From the NCBI RefSeq assembly GCF_051858995.1, contig NZ_JBHYGN010000014.1:12468-76467 (forward strand): DNA of 64,000 nucleotides, read 5' to 3'. The notes under the pieces are model-generated. The model was not told where the DNA came from. It searched no databases and saw nothing but the letters and a program-made list of their open reading frames with translations. Numbering within the stretch: the stretch's first letter is position 1; each line of letters starts with the position of its first letter. The DNA is from Brevundimonas sp. (GTDB taxonomy: Bacteria > Pseudomonadota > Alphaproteobacteria > Caulobacterales > Caulobacteraceae). This document shows positions 27,717 through 37,118 of the stretch, in pieces. A program made the translations under genes and the position numbers.

Positions 27717-27810
27717 GAAATCACCGACCGGAAAGCGATGGGGCATCTTACGCCTGTTCTGCCGGGGGAGGGCAAGGGCGTGGGTGTGGGGTGTGGGGTG
27801 TTGGGCGTCG

Positions 27811-27829
27811 TTCTCCCCTTGAGGGAGAA
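27811..27829. repeat. REP-like palindrome
   Basis: TTCTCCC-CTTGA-GGGAGAA, followed by a G-rich tail. Confidence 0.5.
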
Positions 27830-27919
27830 GGGTGATGCAGAGCGGTGATGAGGGGGCCTTATCATTGCCCCTTCGGGCCCCTATCTAGCCGCCTTCGTAT
27901 TTCTGACCGAGGACCGCCC

Positions 27920-28855
27920 GTGACCGATCACGCGCATACCCATGCCGCGACGCCCAAGGATTTGGCCGACAACCTCGCCGCCGCCTTCCAGATCGAGGGC
28001 TGGCCGGTGCGGGGACGTCTGGTGCGTCTGGGCGAGACCATCGACGCCATTCTGTCGGCCCACGCCTATCCGGAGCCGGTCGCGGCCCTGCTGGGCGAGG
28101 CCTGCGTGCTGGCCGCCATCCTGGGCTCGACGCTGAAGTTCGAGGGCCGCCTGATCGTGCAGGCCCAGGGCGACGGGCCGGTGCGCTATGTCGTGGCCGA
28201 CTACGACACCGAGGGTCATCTGCGCGGCTATTGCCGGTTCGATCCGGACGAGGTCGCGGCGGTGTCGCAGGGCTTCGCGCGTCCCGGCGCCAAGACGCTG
28301 CTGGGCCAGGGCGTGTTCGTGATGACGCTGGATCGCGGTCCGGACTTCGAACGGACGCAGGGCATCACCCCGATCGAGGGCGAGAGCCTGTCGCTGGCCG
28401 CCGAGCATTACTTCCAGCAGTCAGAGCAGATCCCGACCAAGGTGCGTCTGGCCGTGGGCTCGGTGGAGACCGCCGAGGGCTCGCAATGGCGCGCCGGTGG
28501 GGCGCTGATCCAGCTGATCGCGGCGGATGACGCGCGCGGCTCGACCGAGGAGGTGTGGGATCGCTCGCGGGTCCTGTTCCAGACCCTGGCCGACGACGAG
28601 CTGATCGACCCGACGATCACGCCGGAGACCCTGCTGTTCCGCCTGTTTCACGAGGACGGGGTGCGGCTGGAGGATGCGCGTCCGCTGACGGCCCAGTGCC
28701 GCTGTTCGAAGGACCGGATCAGCGCCGTGCTGACCTCGTTCAGCCCGGCCGAGCGAGCCGAGATGATCGAGGACGACGGCAAGATCCGCGTGACCTGCGA
28801 ATATTGCGCGACGGTCTATGAGCTGGAGCCGGAGGCGATCAGCCCGGCGGACTGA
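27920..28855 (+). CDS. hslO: Hsp33 redox-regulated chaperone
   Basis: VRGRLVRLG, QGDGPV, YFQQSEQIPT, CRCS...CEYC zinc motif; GTG start at 27920. Confidence 0.93.
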   Translation: MTDHAHTHAATPKDLADNLAAAFQIEGWPVRGRLVRLGETIDAILSAHAYPEPVAALLGEACVLAAILGSTLKFEGRLIVQAQGDGPVRYVVADYDTEGHLRGYCRFDPDEVAAVSQGFARPGAKTLLGQGVFVMTLDRGPDFERTQGITPIEGESLSLAAEHYFQQSEQIPTKVRLAVGSVETAEGSQWRAGGALIQLIAADDARGSTEEVWDRSRVLFQTLADDELIDPTITPETLLFRLFHEDGVRLEDARPLTAQCRCSKDRISAVLTSFSPAERAEMIEDDGKIRVTCEYCATVYELEPEAISPAD

Positions 28856-28915
28856 CGTCCGAACCTGAACGCGAGTTCACTGGCCAATGGGCGCTGGAGG
28901 ATCAATCCTGCGCGC

Positions 28916-29896
28916 ATGATCACCGCCCTGACGCTCGCCCTCAGCCTGCTGGTCGCCGACGACGGCGGGCGATGTCGGCTTGAAGGCGAGTCGCGAAGCT
29001 GGACCGCCGGCGCTCTCGAGGCCTGGGATCGGCTGGACCGGGAGCGGCTGCATACGCCCCGGCCGGTGACGCCGAGACTGGTGCTATTCGATCAGGACTG
29101 TGTCTTCACCCTGACGGCGGATGCGGGCGGCGACTTCGCCGTGGGCGGCCGCACCTATGCGGTGACCGGCCAGGCGCATGACGGGACCGTGGCCTTGCCG
29201 GGCGGGGGCGAGGTCCCCGCGCGCAAACTGTCCTTCGCCTTTCCGACTGACGACGGCGGGATGAATTTCGTCATGGCCCTGCCGGCGATCTGGCGGGCGG
29301 ATGCGTCGGAGGCGCGCGACCCGGGCCGGCTGGCCATGGTCGTCTTCATGCATGAGTTCGCTCACACCCAGCAGGGCGAGGGGCTGGGCCGGCGGATCGA
29401 TGCCTTGGTCGCCCAGGGCCTGCCGCCCGAGATCGATGACGACATCGTCCAGACGCGCTTCCGCGATCAGGCCGACTATGTGACCGCCTTCGAGGCGGAG
29501 CGGGACCTGTTCCATGCGGCGGCGACGGCGCCGGACGCGGCGGAGGCGCGCCGTATGCTGGCGCGGGCGGCGGAAATGATGGCGGCCCGGCGCGCGCGAT
29601 GGCTGGTCGGCGACGACGCCCTGCTGGCGACGGCGGACGATGTGTTTCTGACGCTGGAAGGGTCGGGCAACTGGGCGGCCTGGGCCTGGCTGGTCGACCC
29701 GCGCGGCGGGGCGCTGACGCCGGAAGCGGCGACGGCCTTCGTGCGCGGCGGACGCCGGTTCTGGAGCCAGGACGAGGGGCTGGGCGTCATGCTGGCGCTG
29801 GACCGGTTGACGCCCGACTGGCCCGCCCGCGCCTTCGGACCGGACGGCGAGACGGCGGACCGCCTGATCGCCCGGGCATTGGCGACGGGATCCTGA
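28916..29896 (+). CDS. Secreted hypothetical protein with HExxH motif
   Basis: N-terminal hydrophobic signal; VFMHEFAH; later TLEGSG. Confidence 0.65.
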   Translation: MITALTLALSLLVADDGGRCRLEGESRSWTAGALEAWDRLDRERLHTPRPVTPRLVLFDQDCVFTLTADAGGDFAVGGRTYAVTGQAHDGTVALPGGGEVPARKLSFAFPTDDGGMNFVMALPAIWRADASEARDPGRLAMVVFMHEFAHTQQGEGLGRRIDALVAQGLPPEIDDDIVQTRFRDQADYVTAFEAERDLFHAAATAPDAAEARRMLARAAEMMAARRARWLVGDDALLATADDVFLTLEGSGNWAAWAWLVDPRGGALTPEAATAFVRGGRRFWSQDEGLGVMLALDRLTPDWPARAFGPDGETADRLIARALATGS

Positions 29897-29902
29897 CCGA
29901 CC

Positions 29903-30616
29903 TCAGACGACCAGGAAGATGGCGTTGGCGAAATTGTGCAGGAGGACCGGCAGCAGCAGGCTGCCGGTCTTTTCGCGCAGCCAGACCAGCAGCAGGGCGG
30001 GGCCTCCGGTGAGGGCCATGGTCATGGCGTCGAAGGTGAAGGCGCCGTCGCTGTAGCCCAGCGCATGGGCCAGGCCGAAGGCGACCGAGCTGATCAGCGC
30101 GCCCCAACCCATCGGGGCGCCGAGGAGGCGCAGGGGCCGGGCGAAGGCTTCGTTCAGCATCAGCAGCAGGACGCCGCGATAGAAGAGCTCCTCGTCCAGC
30201 CCGGGCATGGTCAGCTGGAAGGCGAGGGTGTCGGCGTCGGTCCCCTGACCGGGGAACCAGAGGGCCAGGCCGAGGAAGAGGGCGATCAGGGCGCCGGACA
30301 GGATCAGGGCGCCCTTCAGCCCCTTGCGGTCCTGTTTCAGCGTCAGGCCGACGCGCTCGGCGCCGAAGAACAGGGCGACGACCAGCGACAGGGCCAGGGC
30401 CATGACCTTGCCCTCCCAGTTCCAGTCCGAGGGCCAGAACTGCAGGGGGATGTGGCCGTAGCCGCGCGTCAGCAGGGCGTCATAGGCGGCCATGAGCGCA
30501 AGGGCGCCGAGGAACCAGCCCCACTTCACCTTGCCGCGCAAGGCGACGGCCGCGACCAGCCCCATGGCCGCGGTCGCCCCGATCCATCCGCCCAGCACCA
30601 TGATCGCATCCGGCAT
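29903..30616 (-). CDS. CPBP/Abi (CAAX) intramembrane metalloprotease
   Basis: EELFYRG, FGLAH, LHNFAN. Confidence 0.85.
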   Translation of the reverse strand: MPDAIMVLGGWIGATAAMGLVAAVALRGKVKWGWFLGALALMAAYDALLTRGYGHIPLQFWPSDWNWEGKVMALALSLVVALFFGAERVGLTLKQDRKGLKGALILSGALIALFLGLALWFPGQGTDADTLAFQLTMPGLDEELFYRGVLLLMLNEAFARPLRLLGAPMGWGALISSVAFGLAHALGYSDGAFTFDAMTMALTGGPALLLVWLREKTGSLLLPVLLHNFANAIFLVV

Positions 30617-30709
30617 GTGTCACCCCCTCCGACGTTGTTCGGGGGAGAGGCGGCGAAGCGGCGCCGTGGATGCGCGGCGGAAGATGAAATCGCGGTAAGG
30701 CGGCGGCCC

Positions 30710-32557
30710 CTAGTACGCCAGCGCGATGCCGTCCTTGCGCATTTCGGTGGCCGCGCCGTAGGTCCAGCGACCGCCGGGATTCTGCTGCATGACCACGTTC
30801 TGGTAGCCGCCGAAGCCGCCGTTGGGGCCGCGCAGGACCCAGCCCATGGCCTCGAGTTGGGCCTTGGACGCCGCCGGGACGCCGGTCTCCAGATAGAGCA
30901 GGCCGACGCCTTCCGCCCGTTCGCCGGTGGGTTCGGACGAGCCCTCGTGCTGCCAGCGCGGGGCGTCGCCGGCCTCCTGCGGGTCGAGGCCGTAGTCGAC
31001 CATGTTGATGATGATCTGGGCCTGTCCCTGAGGCTGCATGCCGCCGCCCATGACGCCCATGGCCATCCACGGGCGGCCGTCCTTGACCGCGAAGCCCGGG
31101 ATGATGGTGTGGAAGGGCCGCTTGCCGGGGGCGTAGACGTTCGGGTGGCCGTCGGTCAGGGCGAACAGCTCGCCGCGATCCTGGAACATGAAGCCCAGGG
31201 TATTGCCCGCGCCGTCATCCGCCACGAGGCCGGAGCCCATGCCGCGGTAGTTGGACTGGATCCAGCTGACCATCATGCCGTCCTTGTCGGCGACGCTGAA
31301 ATAGGTGGTGTCGCCTTGGGTCGGGGCGTCGCCGGGGAAGACGCGATCCATGACCCGGTCGGGGCGGATCAGGTCGGCGCGCTGGCGGGCGTACTCCTTG
31401 GAGTTCAGCCACTCGACCGGGGTGCGGCTGAAGCGGTCGTCGGCGAACCATTTGGCCCGGTCCTCGAAGGCCAGACGTTTGGCCTCGGCCTGATGGTGGA
31501 TCGAGGCGGCGGACTGGAAGCCCATGGACTTCAGGTCGAACTGTTCGCAGACGTTGAGGATCTGGTTGGTCGACAGGCCCTGCGTATTCGGCCCGAGGCC
31601 GTAGACCTGAACCCCGCGATAGTCGGTGCGGATCGGCTCGACCCATTCGGTGCGGTGGGCGGCGAGGTCGGCGCGGGTCATCCAGCCGCCGATGCGACGG
31701 AAATAGGCGGCGATCGCATCGGCGATGGGGCCGTCATAGAAGGCGTCGCGCCCGTGCTCTGCGATCAGGCGATAGGTGCGGCCCAGATCGGGGTTGGCGA
31801 ACATCTGGCCGACCTTGGGCGTGGCGCCGCCGGGGGCGTAGACCTTCTTGCGGTTGTCGTTCTCCTCGATGATCTGCGCCGAACGGTCGAAGCCCGCCAT
31901 GTTGCGTTCGAGGTAGTAGGCGATGACCTGTGGCATCGGCACGCCCTCCTCGCACAGCTCGGCGACGGGCAGCAGGACGTCCTTCCACGGCAGCTTGCCA
32001 TAGCGCTGGTGGGCGCTCCACCAGGCGTCCACCGTGCCGGGAACGTTGACCGTGACCGCGCCATAGGAGGGCAGGTGGCCGTCGGCCTTGGCCTTGGTGC
32101 GGGCGGTCTCCAGCGACAGGCCACGGGGGCTGTTGCCCGAACCGTTGAAGCCGACGACCTTCCGCTGGGCCGGGTCCCAAAGCATGCAGAAGGCGTCGCC
32201 GCCGATGCCGTTGGCGACGGGCTCGAGGAAGCCGAGCGCGGCGTTGATGGCGATGGCGGCGTCGACGGCCGAGCCGCCGCGCCGCAGGGTGTCGATGCCG
32301 ATCAGGGTGGCGCGCGGATGAGCCGTGGCGGCGGCGCCGTTGGCGCCCCAGACGGTCGAGCGTCCAACGAATTTCGGCCCGGTGATGCGGTCGCCCATGC
32401 CGATGCCGGCATAGGGATCAGGGCGCGGCGCGGGCCGGGGCGGGGCGCCGGCGGGAGCCTGCTGCGGCGTCTGGCCCGGCGTCTGGGCCGAAGCGATGCC
32501 GCTCCCGGCCAGCAGGGCCCCGGCGGGCAGGGAGGACAGGAAGGTGCGACGACGCAT
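30710..32557 (-). CDS. ggt: Gamma-glutamyltransferase family protein, Tat-exported
   Basis: MRRRTFL twin-arginine leader; GGSAVDAAIA, GIGGD, GDTTYFS nucleophile Thr, GKRPFHTI, GVMGG. Confidence 0.88.
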   Translation of the reverse strand: MRRRTFLSSLPAGALLAGSGIASAQTPGQTPQQAPAGAPPRPAPRPDPYAGIGMGDRITGPKFVGRSTVWGANGAAATAHPRATLIGIDTLRRGGSAVDAAIAINAALGFLEPVANGIGGDAFCMLWDPAQRKVVGFNGSGNSPRGLSLETARTKAKADGHLPSYGAVTVNVPGTVDAWWSAHQRYGKLPWKDVLLPVAELCEEGVPMPQVIAYYLERNMAGFDRSAQIIEENDNRKKVYAPGGATPKVGQMFANPDLGRTYRLIAEHGRDAFYDGPIADAIAAYFRRIGGWMTRADLAAHRTEWVEPIRTDYRGVQVYGLGPNTQGLSTNQILNVCEQFDLKSMGFQSAASIHHQAEAKRLAFEDRAKWFADDRFSRTPVEWLNSKEYARQRADLIRPDRVMDRVFPGDAPTQGDTTYFSVADKDGMMVSWIQSNYRGMGSGLVADDGAGNTLGFMFQDRGELFALTDGHPNVYAPGKRPFHTIIPGFAVKDGRPWMAMGVMGGGMQPQGQAQIIINMVDYGLDPQEAGDAPRWQHEGSSEPTGERAEGVGLLYLETGVPAASKAQLEAMGWVLRGPNGGFGGYQNVVMQQNPGGRWTYGAATEMRKDGIALAY

Positions 32558-32658
32558 CGGCAAACTCCACGAAATGTGCGGGGACCCTAGCGGGTCTAAC
32601 GCGGGTGTGAAGGTTGTCCGTCGGCGGGAGACGGGGATCCGCCTTGCTTTGGCCGCCC

Positions 32659-32865
32659 TTGGAGCGCAGGGTGATCGTCGTCATCCTGCTGCTAACGCTC
32701 TGGTTTCCTTCGCTTCGTGCCGGAGATCATCTGCGATCCGACCCGAAGCCGACCGTGCACGATTCCGCGCCGGCGTTCTTCACTGGAAGCCTGACAATGT
32801 CGCCCATGAACCTCAAGCCGGCGTCTGTCGGCGGCTCGACTCCGCGCGCGGGGACGTGGTCATGA
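32659..32865 (+). CDS. Possible small membrane protein (68 aa)
   Basis: TTG start, one TM segment (RRVIVVILLLTLWFP), ATGA overlap with the next ORF; weak RBS. Confidence 0.35.
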   Translation: MERRVIVVILLLTLWFPSLRAGDHLRSDPKPTVHDSAPAFFTGSLTMSPMNLKPASVGGSTPRAGTWS

Positions 32866-33113
32866 CGACCCGTCACGATCAGGCGAGCGTTCTGCCTCTG
32901 CTGCAGCGTCCGATCGCCGTCTGGCTGGTTCTGGTCCCGATGCTGGTGCTGGTCGTCGCCCTGATCGGGGGGATCGTGCACAAGGACCGGGCGGCGCGGG
33001 CCGCTTTGGCGGAACACACCCTGCGCTACGAGGTGCAGGCCGAGGCCATCGATCAGGCCCACGCCAGGCGCACGACCGAGGAGCAGGCCCGACGCTCGGC
33101 GGCCATGCAATGA
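32862..33113 (+). CDS. Small single-TM hypothetical protein (83 aa)
   Basis: GGGGA RBS, TM segment followed by a helical charged tail; host-like codons. Confidence 0.6.
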   Translation: MTTRHDQASVLPLLQRPIAVWLVLVPMLVLVVALIGGIVHKDRAARAALAEHTLRYEVQAEAIDQAHARRTTEEQARRSAAMQ

Positions 33114-33138
33114 ACCCTCCATCGACCTGGAGATTCCT

Positions 33139-33493
33139 ATGGTCGAAGAGAATTTCGTCCGGCTGTATGCCAGGGACTTCGTCCACTGGCCTGGCGCAGC
33201 GAGATCGGCCAAGGCGTGGAAGAGCCCCTGCAGCGCCGGCCGAGGTGCGGCGCCACTCTGACCTGATGCGCATCCGCAAGGGCGCCGATCATCTTGTCGT
33301 CGTCATCGCCCGGCTGCGAGATGAGGCGGAGCGGTTCAACCCGCGCCTGTTGCAGAAGGGCGTCGATCCCGTCGACGCCGGGAAGCGGCACCGGACCTTC
33401 CTGCTGGACGTGGTCAAGCAGCTTTCGGCGGAGCCGGTGGATCAGGACACTTCGCTGGCGCTGTCGGGCATCAAGGCGCGGCGGAATCGTTGA
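33139..33493 (+). pseudogene. Hypothetical protein interrupted by two apparent 1-nt deletions
   Basis: GGAG RBS plus ATG 33139 gives MVEENFVRLYARDFV; protein-like sequence continues only after shifts at ~33185 and ~33237 to TGA 33493. Confidence 0.55.
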
Positions 33494-33502
33494 GGCTGAA
33501 GT

Positions 33503-34192
33503 TCAGCCCCCCAGATCCAGCGAATAGCCGGCGGAACGCACGGTGCGGATCGGGTTGACGGTGCCTTCGACGTTCAGGGCCTTGCGGAGGCGGCCGACGT
33601 GGACGTCGACGGTGCGGGCCTCGACGTAGACGTCCGAGCCCCAGACGGCGTCCAGCAGTTGTTCGCGGCTGAACACCCGGCCAGGGTGCTGCATGAAGTG
33701 GTCGAGCAGGCGGAATTCGGTCGGTCCGAGGTGGATTTCGAGGCCGGCGCGGCGGACGCGGTGGGCGACGCGGTCGATGACGATGTCGCCGTGGTTGATG
33801 CGGTCGTCGGCCAGGCCCGGACGGATGCGGCGCAGGACGGCGCGGATGCGGGCCGTCAGCTCGGTCATCGAGAAGGGCTTGGTCAGATAGTCGTCGGCGC
33901 CGGTGTCGAGGCCGCGGACGCGGTCGGTTTCCTCGCCCCGCGCCGTGAGCATGATGATCGGCAGGTTGCGGGTCTCGGAGCGGCCGCGGATGCGGCGGCA
34001 GACTTCGATGCCCGACAGCTTGGGCAGCATCCAGTCGAGCAGGACCAGATCGGGCAGGCGCTCGTCGACCTGGAGCATGCCTTCCTCGCCGTCCGAGGCG
34101 ACGACGACCTTGTAGCCCTCTTTTTCGAGATTGTAGGACAGCAGCGTCGCCAGCGCGTCCTCGTCTTCCATCACCAGAATATAGGGCTGCAC
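33503..34192 (-). CDS. phoB: Phosphate regulon response regulator PhoB
   Basis: LLDWMLP, ETDRVRGL, HLGPTEFRLL, RTVDVHVGRLRK. Confidence 0.95.
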   Translation of the reverse strand: MQPYILVMEDEDALATLLSYNLEKEGYKVVVASDGEEGMLQVDERLPDLVLLDWMLPKLSGIEVCRRIRGRSETRNLPIIMLTARGEETDRVRGLDTGADDYLTKPFSMTELTARIRAVLRRIRPGLADDRINHGDIVIDRVAHRVRRAGLEIHLGPTEFRLLDHFMQHPGRVFSREQLLDAVWGSDVYVEARTVDVHVGRLRKALNVEGTVNPIRTVRSAGYSLDLGG

Positions 34193-34216
34193 GTCAGGCT
34201 CCGGTCTTCATCAGTC

Positions 34217-34927
34217 TCAGACGGTGGGCAGTTCGGCGTCGGTCTCGGGGTTCCAGCGCGGACGTTCGCCCGTGAACTCCAGACCGGTGATCTCATAGTG
34301 GATGGTCTCGGCGATGTTGGTCGCGTGGTCGCCGATGCGTTCCAGGTTCTTGGCCATGAACAGCAGGTGGGTGCAGGCGCTGATCGTGCGCGGGTCGCCC
34401 ATCATGTAGGTCAGCAGTTCACGGAACAGGGCGTTGTAGTGCTCGTCGACCTCGTCGTCGGTGTTCCAGACGGCGATGGCGCGATCGACTTCACCGACCG
34501 CATAGGCGTCGAGCACGTCACGCAGGCGCATGGAGACCAGCTTGCCCATCCGCTCGATGGAGCGGGTGAGGGGCTGCATGGGCTCGCCCTCGGCCAGGAT
34601 CAGCGCGCGCTTGGCGATGTTCTTGGCCAGGTCGCCGGTCCGCTCGAGATCCACCGCCAGCTTCATCGCCGACAGGGTCTTGCGCAGGTCGGAGGCGACC
34701 GGCTGGCGCAGGGCGATCAGGCGGATCGCCTTCTTCTCGATCTCGCGGTGCATGGCGTCCAAACGGACGTCACGCTCGACGACCGCTTTCGCCAGCGCCA
34801 CATCGCGGCGAGCGACAGAATCGACGGCGTCCGCCACCTGAGCCTCGGCGAGGCCGCCCATGCGGGCGACTTCGGCGGTCAGCTGGTTCAGTTCGTCGCC
34901 GTAGGCCTTGACGGTGTGCTGGTTCAT
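34217..34927 (-). CDS. phoU: Phosphate signalling protein PhoU
   Basis: [39 protein letters not shown]; TGATG coupling to pstB. Confidence 0.95.
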   Translation of the reverse strand: MNQHTVKAYGDELNQLTAEVARMGGLAEAQVADAVDSVARRDVALAKAVVERDVRLDAMHREIEKKAIRLIALRQPVASDLRKTLSAMKLAVDLERTGDLAKNIAKRALILAEGEPMQPLTRSIERMGKLVSMRLRDVLDAYAVGEVDRAIAVWNTDDEVDEHYNALFRELLTYMMGDPRTISACTHLLFMAKNLERIGDHATNIAETIHYEITGLEFTGERPRWNPETDAELPTV

Positions 34928-35793
34928 CAGCCGAAGCGCCCCGTGATGTAGTCGAGGGTGCGGCGTTCGCGGGGATTCGTGAAGATTTCCTCGGTCGGGC
35001 CGGTCTCGACCAGACGGCCGAGGTGGAAGAAGGCGGTGCGTTGCGAGACGCGGGCGGCCTGGGCCATCGAGTGGGTGACGATGACGATGCAGTAGCGCTC
35101 GCGCAGTTCGTCGATCAGTTCCTCGATCTTGGCGGTGGCGATCGGGTCCAGGGCCGAGCAGGGCTCGTCCATCAGGATGACTTCCGGCTCGACCGCGATG
35201 GCGCGGGCGATGACCAGACGCTGCTGCTGGCCGCCCGACAGGCCGGTGCCCGGGGCGTGCAGGCGGTCGGCGACCTCGTCCCACAGACCGGCGCGCTTCA
35301 GCGAGGCCTCGACGACGACGTCCAGGTCGGCCTTGGTGGCGGCCAGGCCGTGGATGCGCGGGCCGTAGGCGACGTTCTCGTAGATCGACTTGGGGAAGGG
35401 GTTCGGCTTCTGGAACACCATGCCGACGCGGGCGCGCAGCAGCACGGGATCGACGGCGCGGGCGTTGATATCCTCGCCGTCCATCTCGATCTTGCCGGTC
35501 ACGCGGGCGCCGGAGATGGTGTCGTTCATGCGGTTCATGGTCCGCAGGAAGGTCGACTTGCCGCAGCCCGACGGGCCAATGAAGGCGGTGACGGTCTTGT
35601 CCGGGATGTCCAGCGAGACGTCGTACAGGGCCTGCTTGCCGCCATAGAAGACCGAGACGTCGCGCGCGGCGATCTTGGTCGGACCGATGGGGCCGGTGCT
35701 GGGGGTGACGGTCGGGGCGGCGATGACGGCGCCGGCGTCGGCGGTCGCGCCGCCTTCAGAGCCGTCCGCGGCGCGGAAGATTTTCGAGAACAT
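34927..35793 (-). CDS. pstB: Phosphate ABC transporter ATPase
   Basis: [36 protein letters not shown]. Confidence 0.95.
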   Translation of the reverse strand: MFSKIFRAADGSEGGATADAGAVIAAPTVTPSTGPIGPTKIAARDVSVFYGGKQALYDVSLDIPDKTVTAFIGPSGCGKSTFLRTMNRMNDTISGARVTGKIEMDGEDINARAVDPVLLRARVGMVFQKPNPFPKSIYENVAYGPRIHGLAATKADLDVVVEASLKRAGLWDEVADRLHAPGTGLSGGQQQRLVIARAIAVEPEVILMDEPCSALDPIATAKIEELIDELRERYCIVIVTHSMAQAARVSQRTAFFHLGRLVETGPTEEIFTNPRERRTLDYITGRFG

Positions 35794-35798
35794 GGGGA

Positions 35799-37118
35799 TT
35801 ACCACCGGCGTTCGAAGCGCCGGCGCAGCAGGATGGCGGCGGCGTTCATGACGATCATGAAGGCGAGCAGGACCAGGATCGCGGCGGCGGTCCGCTCGTG
35901 GAAGGCGCGCTCCGACGCGTTCTCCCAGATGTAGATGAGCGAGGGCATGGCGCCCGCCGGCTCGACGACGCTGTGCGGCAGGCCCGGCACGAAGCTGACC
36001 ATGCCGATCAGCAGCAGGGGGGCGGTCTCGCCGAGCGCGTGGGCCATCGAGATGATGGCGCCGGTCATCACGCCGGGCATGGCCAGCGGCAGGGTGTGCT
36101 GGAAGACCGTCTGGGTCTTGGACGCGCCCATGGCCAGGGCGGCCTCGCGGATCGACGGCGGCACCGCCTTCAGCGAGGAGCGGGTGGCGATGATGATGGT
36201 CGGCAGGGCCATCAGGGCCAGGACCAGACCGCCGACCAGCGGGCTGGCGCGGGGCAGGTGGAGCCAGTTGATGAACAGGGCCAGACCCAGCAGGCCGTAG
36301 ATGATCGACGGCACGGCGGCGAGGTTGTTGATGTTGACCTCGATGATGTCCGTCAGCCGGTTCTTGGGCGCGAACTCCTCGAGGTACAGGGCCGCGCCGA
36401 CGCCCAGCGGGATGGCGATCAGGGCGGTGACCAGCAGCATCAGGGCCGAGCCGATGACGGCGCCCAGGACGCCGGCCAGTTCCGGCTCGGTCGAGTCGCC
36501 CTTGGTGAACAGGGCGGTGTTGAAGTGGGCCGAGACGTGGCCGTCGGCCTTCATCTGGTCCAGCCAGGCGATCTGCTGGTCCGACAGGCGGCGCTGGTCG
36601 GACGGCGTCTCGCGGGAGATCTCGCCCTTGAAATAGAGGTCGGCGTCATCCGAGGCCGGGGCGGCGATCATCACCGTCTGGCCGATCAGGCCGGGCTGCT
36701 TCTGGATGCGCTCGGCGGCGGTGAACTTCAGCTCCGACGAGAACAGGCCGCGCATCTGGGTGGAGAGCGTACCGTTGGCGTCGTCCTGGATGCCCATGCG
36801 GCGCAGCTGCTGCTCGGCGACCAGCTGTTCGAAATTGGTGCCCTGCGGATAGGCGCGGTCGACGCGGGCCGGGTCCATGTAGACCGGGGTGGTGACCGTG
36901 TGGGTGTAGAAGGCCGTGTGGCCCTGATCGATGATCCGGCCCAGCAGCAGCAGCAGGAAGCCGACCGCGATGCCGATGGCCAGCAGGCCGTACAGGCGGA
37001 AGCGGTTCTCGCGCGCATAGCGCTTCTTCAGGCCCGCGCGCAGGCGGTCGACACGCTGGGCGTCGGCGGTGGCGGCGTTAGCGGCGGCCACGGGGGTGGG
37101 CTCGGCGGCGTCAGTCAT
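35799..37118 (-). CDS. pstA: Phosphate ABC transporter permease PstA
   Basis: [28 protein letters not shown]. Confidence 0.93.
   Translation of the reverse strand: MTDAAEPTPVAAANAATADAQRVDRLRAGLKKRYARENRFRLYGLLAIGIAVGFLLLLLGRIIDQGHTAFYTHTVTTPVYMDPARVDRAYPQGTNFEQLVAEQQLRRMGIQDDANGTLSTQMRGLFSSELKFTAAERIQKQPGLIGQTVMIAAPASDDADLYFKGEISRETPSDQRRLSDQQIAWLDQMKADGHVSAHFNTALFTKGDSTEPELAGVLGAVIGSALMLLVTALIAIPLGVGAALYLEEFAPKNRLTDIIEVNINNLAAVPSIIYGLLGLALFINWLHLPRASPLVGGLVLALMALPTIIIATRSSLKAVPPSIREAALAMGASKTQTVFQHTLPLAMPGVMTGAIISMAHALGETAPLLLIGMVSFVPGLPHSVVEPAGAMPSLIYIWENASERAFHERTAAAILVLLAFMIVMNAAAILLRRRFERRW

Noticed and set aside
27717-27765. SigT (GGAAC-N16/17-CGTT) promoter for the SDR
   Set aside because: Best match AGAAC-N18-CGCT is too degenerate
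29936-32590. 884-aa plus-strand ORF
   Set aside because: Shadow of ggt and the CPBP gene
33110-33493. 127-aa ORF as given in the track
   Set aside because: The N-terminus looks non-coding; better explained as the frameshifted gene from 33139
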